DNA of 64,000 nt, from assembly GCF_036321535.1 (NCBI RefSeq), contig NC_087436.1:45944001-46008000 (forward strand). The letters run 5' to 3'. Both the position numbers and the translations under genes were made by a program. Positions 27,246-40,417 of this stretch are shown here, piece by piece (the first letter of the stretch is position 1; every line of letters begins with the position of its first letter). The DNA is from Camelus dromedarius (Eukaryota). The notes below the pieces were generated by a model, which saw only the letters and a list, made by a program, of their open reading frames with translations, searched no databases and was not told the origin of the DNA.

Positions 27246-30200
27246 ATCTATCGTAAGACCAACAGAATGAATGAAACAAATTAATGAATAGTCTCTTTTA
27301 AATGACAGTCCTTTTATTCTAGAATTTTCATGTCACGGGTCTAGTCAAGATGAGGAGAAATTCTGTTACAAAATGATCCTTCTCATTTTAATCACTTGAT
27401 CAATGTAGCATAATCAGAGGGCTTTATTTTCTTATAGTTTTAGCCAGCAGTGGAATTTAAAATGCCCCAGTTTGCCATCTGCTTCATTTTCACCAGCATG
27501 AGCAATACCAATAAAAAGAATGAACCTTCAAACCATCAGCTTTTTTTTTTTTTTTAAAGAGAGAGAAAAAAAATACAGGCTTAGACTATGGCTTCTATTT
27601 GGATCACAGTGAGATTTGGCCCTAATTCCCAGAAACCTTCACTCTCATGATATAGAAGCAACTGAATTACTCCTTTTACCTCTTTATTAAGTTGCTATTA
27701 ATTTTTTTAAAGGAATATCAGAATTGTGTAAGCATCCTTGGTGGATGTGGGGACATAAAACTTCCCTGGATTTCTCAATACTTCTGTAAAAAGCCCTAAT
27801 CTCCTGAGACATGGAAATATATACGATATAAAGATAAAGAATGTTTGCTTTCACTTCACTTAGATGCATTTTGCTTTTCACATACCCTGAGGATTAGATC
27901 TACAGCCATCTGTCTAGTGACTCTCTGACTGCTCTGAGAAAGGAATGATAAAACTTATCTCCACAAAAGGCCAAATGGTGGCAGCCCAGACTAGGCCCGG
28001 AGGCTGAGTTCCCAAAGAGCTATCTCCAGATAGCTATGGCTAGCTCTCTAGGTATTTACCGAAGCCCACACCTTGGAGACATCGCCCGGTCATAACAGCC
28101 TGAAGAGAAGAATGCTTAATCTGCCCTCACAAAGATTCATTTACATTCTAAAAGGTTAGGGTCAGAACCCAGGACCCTTTCCATCCTATCTCAAAGGAAC
28201 AAAGGTTTTTTCTCCCTCCTTTTAGGAGAGAAGGGAGCTACTGCCTCTAAATGAAGAAAACACACTGTTCTGTCTCATCGGTGGGGTGAAACCTGCATAG
28301 AGAAATTCCACAGGCCCCCACGCGCTGCCTGTGGGCCCAGGGACGGGGACCAGCTCTAGCTGTTGATCTGGCTGCAGCAGCACTCCTTCCGCTCGCCCAG
28401 ATGCCATCTTCCTACAGCGCTCGCTCACTCACACACGTGTAAACATCCACCACATGGCTGCACCAGTAGCTTAACATCTCAAACCCTTCATGCTTCCCGA
28501 CGGACCAGTGCGGACTAGCAGACCTAAGAGCAAACAAGCAAGTCAGAAAAGGAACATCCACTAGGAAGCGAACGAGACTCCTCAATATATTTTAAATTAA
28601 GTCTTCAGAAAAAGCCTCCTTAGAACTGAGGTTCATACGGGGTCATGGAATTAAAAGATAATAAAAACATGTCTCAAAACTCCCCAAATTCCCCCATGGA
28701 GGGGCTGTGGGCCTCTCAATTCTAGTCTATCCCAACTAGATCCTGCTCTCCAAGCTAAGTTCAGGAATCGGGTTTTTCTAGCCCCCTTGCAGACCTCTGA
28801 CTACCACCAGCCGGTAGGGACCCAGGGATGTCTAAGTACCTAACGCAACGTCTCGGCCCCAAAGAGCTGATCACTTTTAAGTCAGTGTGGGCTCCCCAAA
28901 GCATGAGATGGATGATTGTGTTGGAGTGATCTTTAAAATAGCTTTTAATCTATGAATTGACCATTTCACTTCAAAAGCCAAAAAAGGAGAAAGTGGAAAA
29001 TGCAGGCTACTCCTGGCATCTGGAGGACAGCTGGAATTTATCACAGGCACGGAGCACAGTAAGGAAAGGAAAACGCCGTGTCCGAGCTGCCAAGGCTCAG
29101 ACTCCAGGTCACCTGGTTCTATCCCTTCTTTTTCAGACAAGGGCACCAGGGCCCTGAAAGGTAAAAGGACTGCTCAGGTTGCACAGGTAGAGGCAGAACT
29201 AGAACTAGAACCCAGGTCTCCTGAGTCACCATGAAGTACTTTGCTATTTAATCACTAAGAATTTGCATTTCCTGTAGGAGAAATGGGTTGTTCATCGCAG
29301 TCTGGACAATACATCTCTTGAGTCCTTGTTCAGTGAGCAACCTTCTGATTTACTGGCGTCTCCAAAATATCTCGATACAAGGAAAACACTGTCCTGTAGC
29401 TAACATACAACATTGCTGACTGCAAATTAATAACATGGTTTTAAGAAGAGGTCTAAGTTGGGCCCGCACAGCTCTGTTCTGACTGGGGCTGGACCAGCCC
29501 ACTGAACTGACAGACCCAGGATTCCGAGTCCTCTGGGCCACCCGGAGGGCCCAGCAACGAAGACCGCCCTACGGCAGAGCCGCCTCCAAGACCTTCTAGA
29601 CAGCTTTCCCCCAACACGACTGCAGCACAAAAACCACAGAATATTCTAAACACACGTGCTTGGGAGCTAAAAATACCTGACTTCGGAAAAAAGAGTAAAG
29701 ACTGCCAAGTCGTTTCCAGTCGTTCTGGTGTTTTCCATAGCTTCCCTAGACTTCTTCTATCATATGAGACGTGCGGCCAAAAGAGGTCCAAGAGGACCAA
29801 ATAAAGCTGGGAGGGGTGGAATGGGGTTTGGATTGGAAACGATGTATAACAAGTTTCACCTGATTGGACAGTCAATCCCCAGCAAAGCTCAGCACTTAAT
29901 AAATAAGGCTTCAAATTCCACTGTAAGGTGTGTTACTCAGTTCTGTTTTTGGACAACAAGGCTTACTTAAATATCCATCGTTAAGAATACCTTCTACCTT
30001 CTCCATTTTCTCCAAATGAAGTGATAGCTGGGTTTTTTTAAACATGGTAAATGTCAAGGACATCCAATGCTTTTTTCCTCTAAATATTAAATTTAAGCAT
30101 TCTGCAGAGATGATAAATGTCCAGCCTGTTTATTCTGACACAACATTTGGCTGATGCTGAACAGAGAGCAGTCTGCTGAAACACTCTCACAAGGTATTCC

Positions 30201-32026
30201 TTTGATGCCAAATCACAGAACAAAACTAGCCACTTGACTACGGAAAGACAACTGCATGTATGTATTTTAAAAGTAAAAGGAATTCAGTGAGAGAAGTCTC
30301 AGCTTTAAGGTCTCAGACAAATCCTTTTTCATCAGGCCTCAGTGGCAATGTGAAACATCAAGGGCCCAGATCGTAAGTAAAGGATAATTTTGACTCAGTG
30401 TTCCTGAGATTTAAACTCAACTCCAGAAGACCCTCGTTCATATTTACTGTAGTACCAGTCCTCCCCACTGTCCCCATCTGTGTCCTAATTGGGGACGTAT
30501 GTCATTCTGGTCACCCCTCCTTCCATCTGCATCTCAGGCTGAGCCACCCTGTCTGTGAGGCGCTCTCTCCAGGGGCTGGTCAAGAGGCTGCTTGTCCTCC
30601 TTTAGTGCCGGAGTCTGGTAACCTGCCCAAAAGGCCCACGCTGGCCCTCCTGCGCTCACAGAAAGCTGCAGAATCTCAGGCAGAGAGGCCACCAGGTAGA
30701 CCGCTGAGACATTCCTGAAGAACACAGGCAAACCAGACCCGCTGGACCCCTCACAGCAGAACCACACTTCCCAACAACCTGAACAGAATCTGTGAAGTGA
30801 TTTCTTTAGTCATATATTTATTGAGCATTCAAAAGCATGCCACAGTAAACACCCGGTTTTACAAAGTCTGAGATCTGAATTTTTAGAAGAGAAGTGGCAG
30901 CCTGCCAGGCGGCAGGTGTCATTAAATGTACATGGAAGAAGTAAGGCTACACCTCTCCCCTCAGGCTTTCCTCCTCTAGTGAGACCAGGAGACACTTGGC
31001 CGATCACTGTGTCTGGGAACAAGTCAAGTTGACAAGTACTTTCAGAGTGTTAACACCACCCTGGACTGACTACACCATTCAAAAGGCAGAGAGGCAGCAC
31101 CAGGGAAATTTACAGACTTAAATTCTGCCTCCCTGACTGCATATTGCTGGTAAAATGCCAGGGAGCAAATGAGCAAAATGATCTAGAAAAAAATTTACTA
31201 TATTATATTATAGAAGTTAACAAATTATAGAAAAATTCAAAATGGCTAAAACATCTAATGTGGCCCCATTAGCTCACTTTATGACTAGATCCAAAGTAGG
31301 AGATACAGGTGACTATTGCAGTGACAATCAGGATGATCAAGTTCTCTCAGTCATAGAGCCAGTTGACAAATAAGTCTTTTCCATCATTCTGAGTAAGACC
31401 ATTCACTTTGGTGTTCTAAATAAATTCTACTAAAAACAATCATACTTTGGGTGCTTTACCTGATCAGTGTTAGATGCGGACACAGAAGGGAATGGGACAC
31501 CCTTACTTTACTTCTCCAAAGGCCCGGCAGTGACCTCAATCATTCAGCCCCTCAGTCTTACACAAACCTGAGAGGCAAGAGGGCCGCAGCAAGTGGGTCT
31601 GCAAGTTCCAACAGCTGCTCTACCCAGCTTCGTGAGGAAATTAGAAATAAAGGGTGTTTGCTGTCTTTCCCCAAGTTCGCTTTTCAACCAAAGACTGGAC
31701 TACAGTGTTTCTTATTACTCTAGTGATTCTCTGCACATTGGCCCCAGTCTTTAGGGAAAGTGCCCCCTTTTTCTTAATTATGTAGTTAAATGCTGACTGA
31801 CGTGAAGTGAGATGTGTTTGTGTTTGCACATGCACCCAGAGCCACTTGTTCCAGCCTTGAAGTCACCATTGGCACTTCCAGCATTGAAAGAAACATTAGT
31901 CTACTGTCTAGAAATAACAAAGAAAACATTAAACCATGAGTGGAGTCTCCCAAGTCAATGCCTAAAAAAGCACTGAATTTATAACACAGAACATACTTTA
32001 AAAATGTTTTTTCTTGGCTTTCTTAC

Positions 32027-32074
32027 CTTCAGTATCTCCACGAGTACATCACTGCTTTTAAGTTTTTCCCATGA
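32027..32074 (-). other. Candidate 48-nt internal exon of the minus-strand gene
   Basis: Acceptor ttccctcttgcttttctccatcag| and donor AAG|GTAAGA. One frame is open (SWEKLKSSDVLVEILK). Confidence 0.4.
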
Positions 32075-32084
32075 CTGATGGAGA

Positions 32085-32720
32085 AAAGCAAGAGGGAACT
32101 TTCTGGTGTGATGAAAATGTTCTTCATCTTTATCGGGATGTAGGTTACACAGGTCTAAGTAAACACTATCAAAACTCATAGGTGCACACACTAGAAGTGT
32201 GTATTTCATTATATGTAATTTTGACCTAAAAAAGAACTATAAACAAACACTGAACTCTAGGGAGTAGGTTTTCTAAGCAGTGGCACAGAATGCTTATTTT
32301 AAAATTTCTATTTTCTATGCATTCAAGGCTGGAACAAATTATTAAATAAATTGAGAAAATGCAGACAGGTTCCTCACTGTTAGATACTAACCCTTGATGT
32401 TAGATGGGAATCTTGGGATCACATATGAACTCATGGTATATATATATGTGTTACATAAAATATGTATAGTGTGTTACAAAATACACAGGGATAATACATA
32501 TATTTATTACTTTTTTCTCACTAGCTGGGTCTTCAACTGGTAGCAAGGAGCACACGCAGCCACCATATCTTGGTTCTTAAATTACCAATAGCCACTAAAG
32601 GAAACCTAGGTTCTTTGGAGAAAAAGGTAAGTCCAAGGTTATGGCAGCAAAAATATAAAATGAGCTAGAATATCTTGTGGCACCACAAAGTGAGGAAGCA
32701 CTCAGAGAACATCAGAACTC
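32085..32720 (+). mobile_element. L1MC/MD 3' UTR fragment
   Basis: gagggaactttctggtgtgatgaaaatgttc and tgagctagaatatcttgtggcaccacaaagtgaggaagcactca. Confidence 0.65.
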
Positions 32721-32994
32721 ATCAATTAAAAAAAATTCCCAGTACTAAAGAACGTAAGATTCCAGATTCAAAGGTCCCACCAACAGCCAGCACAATGATG
32801 AAGGTATCTGCCCCAGGCCCATCGTTATGACGTTTCTGAGCACCACATTTCTTTGTAGGGCAGGGCAAAGAAAAGGCCCCACAAATTCCTCCCCCCAGAA
32901 AAAGCAAAAACATAAAAACAAAAAACAGGCCACACACCAAGAACCCAGAAGCAGAATGCCCTTGGATTTAACACTGGAATTTAAATATAATGGA

Positions 32995-33142
32995 GAAAAA
33001 ACCAGGGAACTATATTCAATATCTTATAATAACCTATAATGGAAAATAATCTGAAAAAGTATATATGTGTGTGTGTATAACTGAATCACTTTGCTGTACA
33101 CCTGAAACTAACATTGTAAATCAACCAAACTTCAATAAAAAT
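32995..33142 (+). mobile_element. Short L1 3' end
   Basis: cagggaactatattcaatatctt...ataactgaatcactttgctgtacacctgaaactaa...cttcaataaaa. Confidence 0.85.
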
Positions 33143-35471
33143 AGTAATTCTAACAGTCTTACAGTAGAAAATATTTTAAGAATATTCCCTCACAAAATAG
33201 TAAAAACAAAACAGGTAACTGATACGAATTTGTCTTTTGAGGGTACTTCTCCCTATTTAAAAAAAGAAACAATGTGGGGAACCTACCACCAGATGAAATG
33301 TCAATGGTAATTTTTTTGGATCTGTATCAACTAGAGGGGAAGAAACAAAAATGTTCCTAGCATTCTTATCTAAGATATGAAAAAGCAGCTCTGAATACAG
33401 GCCATGTCTAAGAAAGAAATATGAGGTCTCCCACATGGTCAGGCAGACGGACAAAATTCAGACAGTAAGTAACATGTATGTGCCGGGTACCAGACCAGGC
33501 CCTACGGACGCAGAAGGGACATGATCCCCGCTCTCATAAAACCGACTGGTCAGCAGCAGAAAAACATCATCAGCAATGTGATTAAAGCTCACCCAGGAAT
33601 TAATCTTAAGCAACACTCATGAAAAGACTCAATTCAATAAAAGAAAGTCTGTCTCTCTTAGTTTCCATATCCCAGACGAACAGGAGATGGTGACGGAGGT
33701 GAAGGTTATTTGCAGCTCTCTGCCCAAGGGCTGGACCCAAGGGCTTTCTCTACTGCTTTAAACTAAAGCAAGTGGGGTGAAAGCTGAGGTACCCAGCGTG
33801 GCATCCATGTCTGTAGAAGAGAGAAAACACTGAAGCTCTGAGCACCTCCTGGGTGAGGGGGTGACAAGTGTTCTTTTGCAGACATACTGCTTACAAAATT
33901 ATTCCTACAGAAGAGATAAACGCCAGCACACAGTTAGTTACTGCCTTGAACTAGGGAGTCAGACCACGCTACCCTGCCTTCTGACCAGCGGGGTTCTCTG
34001 CAGCGTCAGCCCAACTCATTCACATAAGGCGGGACTTGTTGGGTCAGGCGTGGACCTCACCTTGAGGTAAAAGAAGCAGCTGAAGACCTTATACTTTAGG
34101 CTCCAATTCAAAGAAATTTACGAGGGCATCAGTAGTCTTAGGACTGTTAGAAGAATGACAAGACGGTGACACAAAAATACCTTCCAAAAGCACAATACGT
34201 TCACTTTCAAGAAGACTGGCACTTAAATCCTGGGAACTCACTAGTCTACTCACTGATTCACTACCCCTCTCTGCTTTATTCACCCAGGCACCGTTACTGT
34301 CAATCAATGGTTTTCAAAGCATGTTTCAAGAAATCTGCAGAGGTGCCCCTATAAACCTAAAGGGATGGCCAGATGGAAAGCACAGACAGACCAGTCTGCA
34401 ACCCCAGCACCACTTGCCACAGGTGTCTATTTCATCTGTTTTACCCAAGCACAGCCCTTGAAAACAAGATTCCAGTACTTAAATTTGAAAATCTTTTAAT
34501 TCTAGATTGTTTATACCTTGTTAGATTCCTGATGGTTTACCAGGTAGTCACATATAAAATAGGGGAACAAATAAATTAGTAACAATAAAATACTTACTAA
34601 AAATGAACTAACTTTAAGAGCAATATTAATATGCAATTTTACAAAGTCACTTTTTAAAAAGAACAAATGTGAAAGGGTACTTCTTAAGCTAATCAGAAAA
34701 TCAAACGTGAAATGCTAAGAAAGGATCTGGATCAAGAGGGTCTTCTAGTTCATGCTTTTCCTGGATTTTCTGAACCAGTGCAGAGCATCGTCTTTCAGAA
34801 AACAAATTCATTCGAGAGTGTAAGGAATTTTATGTGAGAATCTGAAATGCAACTGAGAATTGTTATGTGAACAATGGTACAGCTGCATTATGAAATAGTA
34901 TGCTGCCATTAAAAGTATGAGTTGGTTTATTAAGAGTTTTACCAATATGCTAATAATGGGACAAGTCTTTTTACAAATTTGATGACTTGGGTGTAAATAG
35001 TTTAAAATGAAATTGATCAATATTTTCACGTATAGCTCATATCTAAGATTGTAAATATTCTCCTATAATTTCTTCTAGTACTTCCAAAGTTTCTCATATT
35101 GAGTTCTTAAAATCATATGAAATCTGTTTTATGAATGTATGAAGTACAAGCATACACTTCTTTATTTCCACAAATAGATAATCAATTATCCCCAAATCAT
35201 TAACCGAATAACTTACCCTTCTCTCACTGGTCTGAAATGCACCTTTAATAATACTAAATTCCCGCTAATATATAGTCTGTTTCTCTACTCAGTTTTTTAG
35301 ATATTCATCCATTTAGATATTCCTGAATCAATACTACAGTCTTAGTTATGCTAATCTTAGGTGACACCTGTTAGAACAGGTCCCTCTCATTGTTCTTTTT
35401 CAAAATTTTGACTATTCTATTTTTTTCAAATGAATTTCAAAATTAGTTTATCAGGTTCTATGAAAAGCTTT

Positions 35472-35565
35472 CCTTTTTTTTTTTAATGGAGGTACTGGGG
35501 ATTGAACTCAGGACCTCATGTGTGCTAAGCACACGCTCTACCACTGAGCTGTGCTCATCCTCCTC
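35472..35565 (-). mobile_element. tRNA-derived SINE (Vic-1-like), short type
   Basis: Reverse-complement head with poly-T, flanked by atgaaaagctt / atgaaaatctt. Confidence 0.88.
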
Positions 35566-36697
35566 CATGAAAATCTTACTGCGTTGACATTACAGATTGA
35601 TTTATCAATCATTATTTATGATCCCATTCAGTTCCCACAGAATATGGAGTTACCAAAAATTTAAAACAGGTGTTAAAAAATAAAAGCTAAGAACTGTTGA
35701 TGTTTGGCCAAGGAAAGCTATCATAGTGAGGCATAAAGCTTGGCTCTTGCCTTCAAAAGGTCTGGCAGGAAGGTCAGGCTGTCTTACTTCCCTCTTATCA
35801 CCTAACAGGAAGGAACTAGTTTGTCAAAAGAATTTTTGCTGGGTCCTAAACTAGGAAATGTAACCCTTCATAAGAGATAAAAATAGCTAACAGAATCTTC
35901 AATTTGGGGTCGGGGGTGGAAAACAAAATTTTATTTCACTTGGCTATTTCCAATATCAAGCTTTGCTAAAAGCTGATGATTTTAGCATCAGAATGTAAAC
36001 ATCAAAAACTCAACAGAAAACACAGAACTGTAAGTTTAGTTGACGTGGAGTAAAACAACAACCGAGTTCAGTGACTCAAACACCGTGCCACTACAGTCAC
36101 ACTCAACTTCTAGACTGCTGCCCAAGGAAACAGAATGAGCCACCTGACGATTTGCATCAGCACAGCCAGATGAGACACATCCACCGGCTCCAAAATTTCA
36201 CTCTCCCTTTGATGTGTCATCCGTTAGCATGAATATTTTTAAAGATGAGAAATAGGTGATAACATTTTTCAAGATGTATTCTTATCAGGTCAGGCACAAT
36301 TCCACACTGCCCTTCAGTTAGGACGTGAAGGTGAAGAGGCCATCACAGAGTTGGCATCTGGCTTCTATGACCAGAAGATGAAGGGGACCATTAAACGAAG
36401 TGGTTTTTAAAAAAACTAACTTCTTACATGACAAACAAATGAACCTTTTTAGACCTGTCCCTTACATACTGGATGTAGGTCTTTAAAGTTTCTGTATTTT
36501 AGATACTACAGTCATTGACTACTCAGGATTTTGCTTCTGATTTTGACAGATATGTCAACTGAAATAGTATGTTTTCAGTTCTACTGTGAGTTTTTTCAGT
36601 ACAAAGGCAGCAAAGTTACTACTTATAACGTCTGAGAAAAGAAAATACTTTTGGGTTTAATTCATTTACAAAGCTTCTAGCTTAGGCTTAGATGTGT

Positions 36698-36830
36698 GGG
36701 TGTTGTTGTGCAGGGGAGAGGTACTTAGGTTTTTGCTTGTTTATTTATTTAATGGAAGTACTGGAGATTGAACCCAGGACCCCAAGCACGCTAGGCGTGC
36801 ACTCTAGCACTGAGCTATACCCTCTCCCAA
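36698..36830 (-). mobile_element. tRNA-derived SINE (Vic-1-like)
   Basis: Reverse-complement head. TSD cttagatgtgt at 36687-36697 and 36831-36841. Confidence 0.88.
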
Positions 36831-37929
36831 CTTAGATGTGTCTTCATACGTGCCCAGGTCTTAGAAAAAGTTAAGAGTGTGAACTCAATCATGGTGTAAC
36901 ACTTAAAACACAGCTTTACAAATTCGTCATTTAGTCACTGTTTCTTATTGAAACCTAGAACTATCTTTCAAGAGAATACTCTTATTTCCAATAAACTTTT
37001 TTTTCAAGGTTGTTGTGAAAGTAATTTTCGAAAAGTTTTATGCTCCATTACAGGGATTTGGTTATTTCTCCTCCCATCCAATTGTCATTTTCAGTCAGAC
37101 TTCAAATATTTTTGTTTTGACTCAATCTCTGGGTAAACTTAAAGTTGACTGTAATACACGTATCTCCTCTATGTGGCAGTGGTCAGGATTTTCGCACTGA
37201 CCCACAGTGGTCTTTGAGTGAATATAAAAGTCAGTTCTCTTTCCACTGATACATTTACGGTCATTTAAGAGAAAAGCATCATAAACTGACCTGTCTACAA
37301 TGTCCACGATACAAATGCCACCTCTTAGATGTGCGCCCCTGAGTAAGCACAAAGCCTGGAAACTTTGTGTGCTCACTCCACACAGTGGTCCTGCTTTTCT
37401 TTAAATGTGAGGTTCAGTCAGAGTTCCAACAAATAAAGTATGCTGTGGAGGAAAAACAGAAATCAATCCCCACACTTGGAGTTTCTAATCCGGAATTATG
37501 CACTTCAAAGTACAAAAGTTATCACACATGGTCCCTGACCTCAGAGAATGTCTAGTTTAACTGAATTAACAAGTACAAAACACAGCAGGAAATCTACATT
37601 CTATATCCCATAATCATTGACGATAGAAACAGTGGAATCAAGTGTTAGTGGCATTGTACCAATGAAAGCTCAGACAAGTGAGAGAGCACAGAGCTGTTAA
37701 GGAATGCTGAAGGCAGGGCTCCAATGGGCAGGGTCTGGATACGCAAATAGAAGGAAACGGACATGAAAATCCGGGTACCTTCAAACATCAAGCTGTTTCT
37801 TGCTACTTGTCTTGTTCATTTTTATCACCTGGGAATTAAGAGAATTTCCTCTGTAAGATTAATCCTGGGTTTGCCCAAGTCTAGTTTATTATTTGTGCAC
37901 TCCAAAAGAGAGAGGAAAAAACTGGGGCA

Positions 37930-38130
37930 GTATAGTTTACTGAAAGCACATATGGGATTCATCACCAGAGGACCTGGATTTAAGTCCTGGCTCCATAAGT
38001 TACTGTGTGAATAATTTAATTAACATTTTTGGGCCTCAGTGTTCCCATTTAGAAAAGAGTAATAACCATATGACAAGGTTGTACAGAAGTTACGTGAGGT
38101 CATGTGTACAGAAAGTACCTTTTAAACATT
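37930..38130. mobile_element. MIR SINE. Other MIR-like remnants lie near 200-300, 800-860, 16330-16460, 17340-17510, 19730-19880, 20830-21020, 29140-29240 and 62310-62470.
   Basis: MIR core motifs gacctggatttaagtcctggctcc...gggcctcagtgttcccatt. Confidence 0.65.
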
Positions 38131-38581
38131 TAGATAATAAGTTATTCTCAGTGAGTTATCAAATTTTCATCACCCATCTTGAAATTCAGATTTCAACAAC
38201 TATACTACTATGTATTATTTTATGAGCACTTAAGAGAATAACTTTAAAATTTAAGACAGTGGACTACTTTCTTTGTGGGGGAGAGGGAGATTGAATGACT
38301 GATTTTAGGTGACAGGAGCCAGCTACATATTAGATTAACTATAATTTTGCTATAATCTTGCTACAAAAAAATATGATGCTGACCCCAAACTGTCTTTTGA
38401 AGTTCCTTGCCCAGTATTCTCAGGTTGCCTTAAGTCACACTTGACACTATGACTTCGCAAAGAATTAGTCAGATTAATTAAAGTTAGATTAATTGACATT
38501 AACTTAATTTTCTCTTTTGAAAGCCAACTACTTCTTTCAGAGAAGAAGTTTACTTGAAACTTTATTCAACAGTTTATTTAC

Positions 38582-38761
38582 AGGGGAGGGTATAGCTCAA
38601 GTGGCAGAGAGTATGCTTAGCATGCATAAGGTGCTGGGTTTAATCCCCAGTACCTCCTCTAAAAATAAAGAGATAAATCAAATTACCCACCCCCTAAAAA
38701 ATTAATATGTAAATCACTCTTCAAAAAAGATATATTATAAAAACAAGGGAAAAAATTTTAA
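38582..38761 (+). mobile_element. tRNA-derived SINE (Vic-1-like)
   Basis: Head ggggagggtatagctcaagtgg with an A-rich tail. TSD agtttatttac at 38571-38581 and 38762-38772. Confidence 0.88.
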
Positions 38762-39376
38762 AGTTTATTTACTTGCTTAGAAATCTTTTAAAAAGGCTAT
38801 AGGCAACTTTATACGTTTAGATCATAAACGAGTTTCCACATGTAATTGGTACAGCTAGGTCATCTTTGTGGTACATTTTAAAATTTAATCTCATAGCTCT
38901 TATAGAACTCAAGTACACATTTCAGACTATGAAACCATCAAGTTTTAGTAGACTTGAAAGCTCTTTTTCAATTGAATCAGCACAATCGAAGCCTGAAGAT
39001 ATACCATTTTATAATTTTTTTTCAAAGAGAGAGAAGATTCTGTGACTATAAAACAGAAGAGATTTTGGGAGTGGAGGTCTGAGAGGGGACAGGCCGGGTT
39101 TACACCTCAGTGTTCCATGAGATGCTCAGTAAGTGGGGGATGATGTGGGCACTGCCTCCCAGGACTTCAGGGAGGGGGACTGTGCAGTATGCACGGCAGG
39201 AGCTGATGGCGGTGTCCAGACTCTGTTGCATCTTAGCCATCATCATGTGAACTATGAGTCCAGCAAAAGGAGTGCTGACATCAATTTCCACCAGTGAAAA
39301 AGAGGGAAAACAATACCTAGGGGCTTGACTGAAAAAACTAGCTTTTTCTTAAAAAATAATTTAATAAAGCACCTGA

Positions 39377-39478
39377 GGGTGGGTAAGTATAGCTCAGTGG
39401 TAGAGTGCATGCTTAGCATGCACGGGGTCCCAGGTTCAATCCCCAGTACCTCCATTTAAAAAAAAAAAAAAAAAAAAA
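39377..39478 (+). mobile_element. tRNA-derived SINE (Vic-1-like), short type, young-looking
   Basis: Intact A and B boxes and a pure A21 tail. Perfect TSD aaagcacctga at 39366-39376 and 39476-39486. Confidence 0.92.
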
Positions 39479-40276
39479 GCACCTGAAGGCTTAAGCTGGA
39501 CCAGGAAGACTGAGAATTCTGCAATGCCAGTTTTAATGAATGATAATACTTAAAGGAATAATCAGGAGATAATTTCTGAGTGACTGTCCGGCCGGGTCCC
39601 TCAACTCAGGGCTCCTACTCCCCTCGAAGTGGCCTTGGGTCCACCTGACTCCAATCCCCACTACCAGCCCAGGGTTACTGCACCATCCCTGGCAGCTCCC
39701 CTGCACCCACAGCTCTGTGAATAGTCCTTTGTATATAAAGGCTCCTCTAATTACCCTTATCTGACTGAGCCATCTGTTTCCTGTTGGGACTCTGAATTAT
39801 ACAATCACTTTACACTCTCACTAGCAGTCCAGAAGAGCTCCCGCATCATGACATGCATTATGCTTTGAGTATTATCTTTGTTTTTCTTTGCTATTTGATA
39901 GGTTAAAAAAAGGGAAATGGGGTCTACTGCACTGTTGTTTTTGCATTTCTGTGACTATCAGTGAGTGATGCTTACTATTTTTCGTATGTTTATTAGGCAT
40001 TTTAAATTTACTTTTCCAAGAATCACTTATGCCTTTTGCCTGTTTCCCATTGAGATCTTAGTGGGTTTTTTTTTTTAATAAGTTTGAAAGATCTTCATAT
40101 ATTTGTTATTTCAGTGAAAGGAATAAACATGAACTTGACTTCACTTTAGCAAGAATCAGAGTTTACTCTAAGGACATAGGAGTGTCTTGCATGGAGCCTA
40201 AATGAAGGATTCAACTGAGCTTTGGGAATGGACTAGAACTAGGGACTGGAGGGTCATATTAAGACTGGGAAGTCCT

Positions 40277-40417
40277 GGGGGGTGGATGGTGGGTATAGCT
40301 CAATGGCAGACTATGTGTTTAGCATGCTCAAGGCCCTGGGTTCAATCCCTAGTACCTCCTTAAAGATAAACAAACAAACCTAATTACCTCCCCAACCAAA
40401 AGAAAAAGAAAAAAAAG
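40277..40417 (+). mobile_element. tRNA-derived SINE (Vic-1-like) inserted in an older LTR-like element
   Basis: Head plus A-rich tail. 16-bp TSD aagactgggaagtcct (40261-40276) / aagactcggaagtcct (40418-40433). Confidence 0.9.

Noticed and set aside
34089..39291. Minus-strand ORFs at 34089-34307, 37122-37376 and 39100-39291 as coding exons
   Set aside because: No matched strong acceptor/donor pairs and no recognisable protein similarity.
39377..39455. tRNA-like sequences with A and B boxes (11 copies)
   Set aside because: Poly-A tails, TSDs, divergence and dispersal identify them as SINEs, not tRNA genes.
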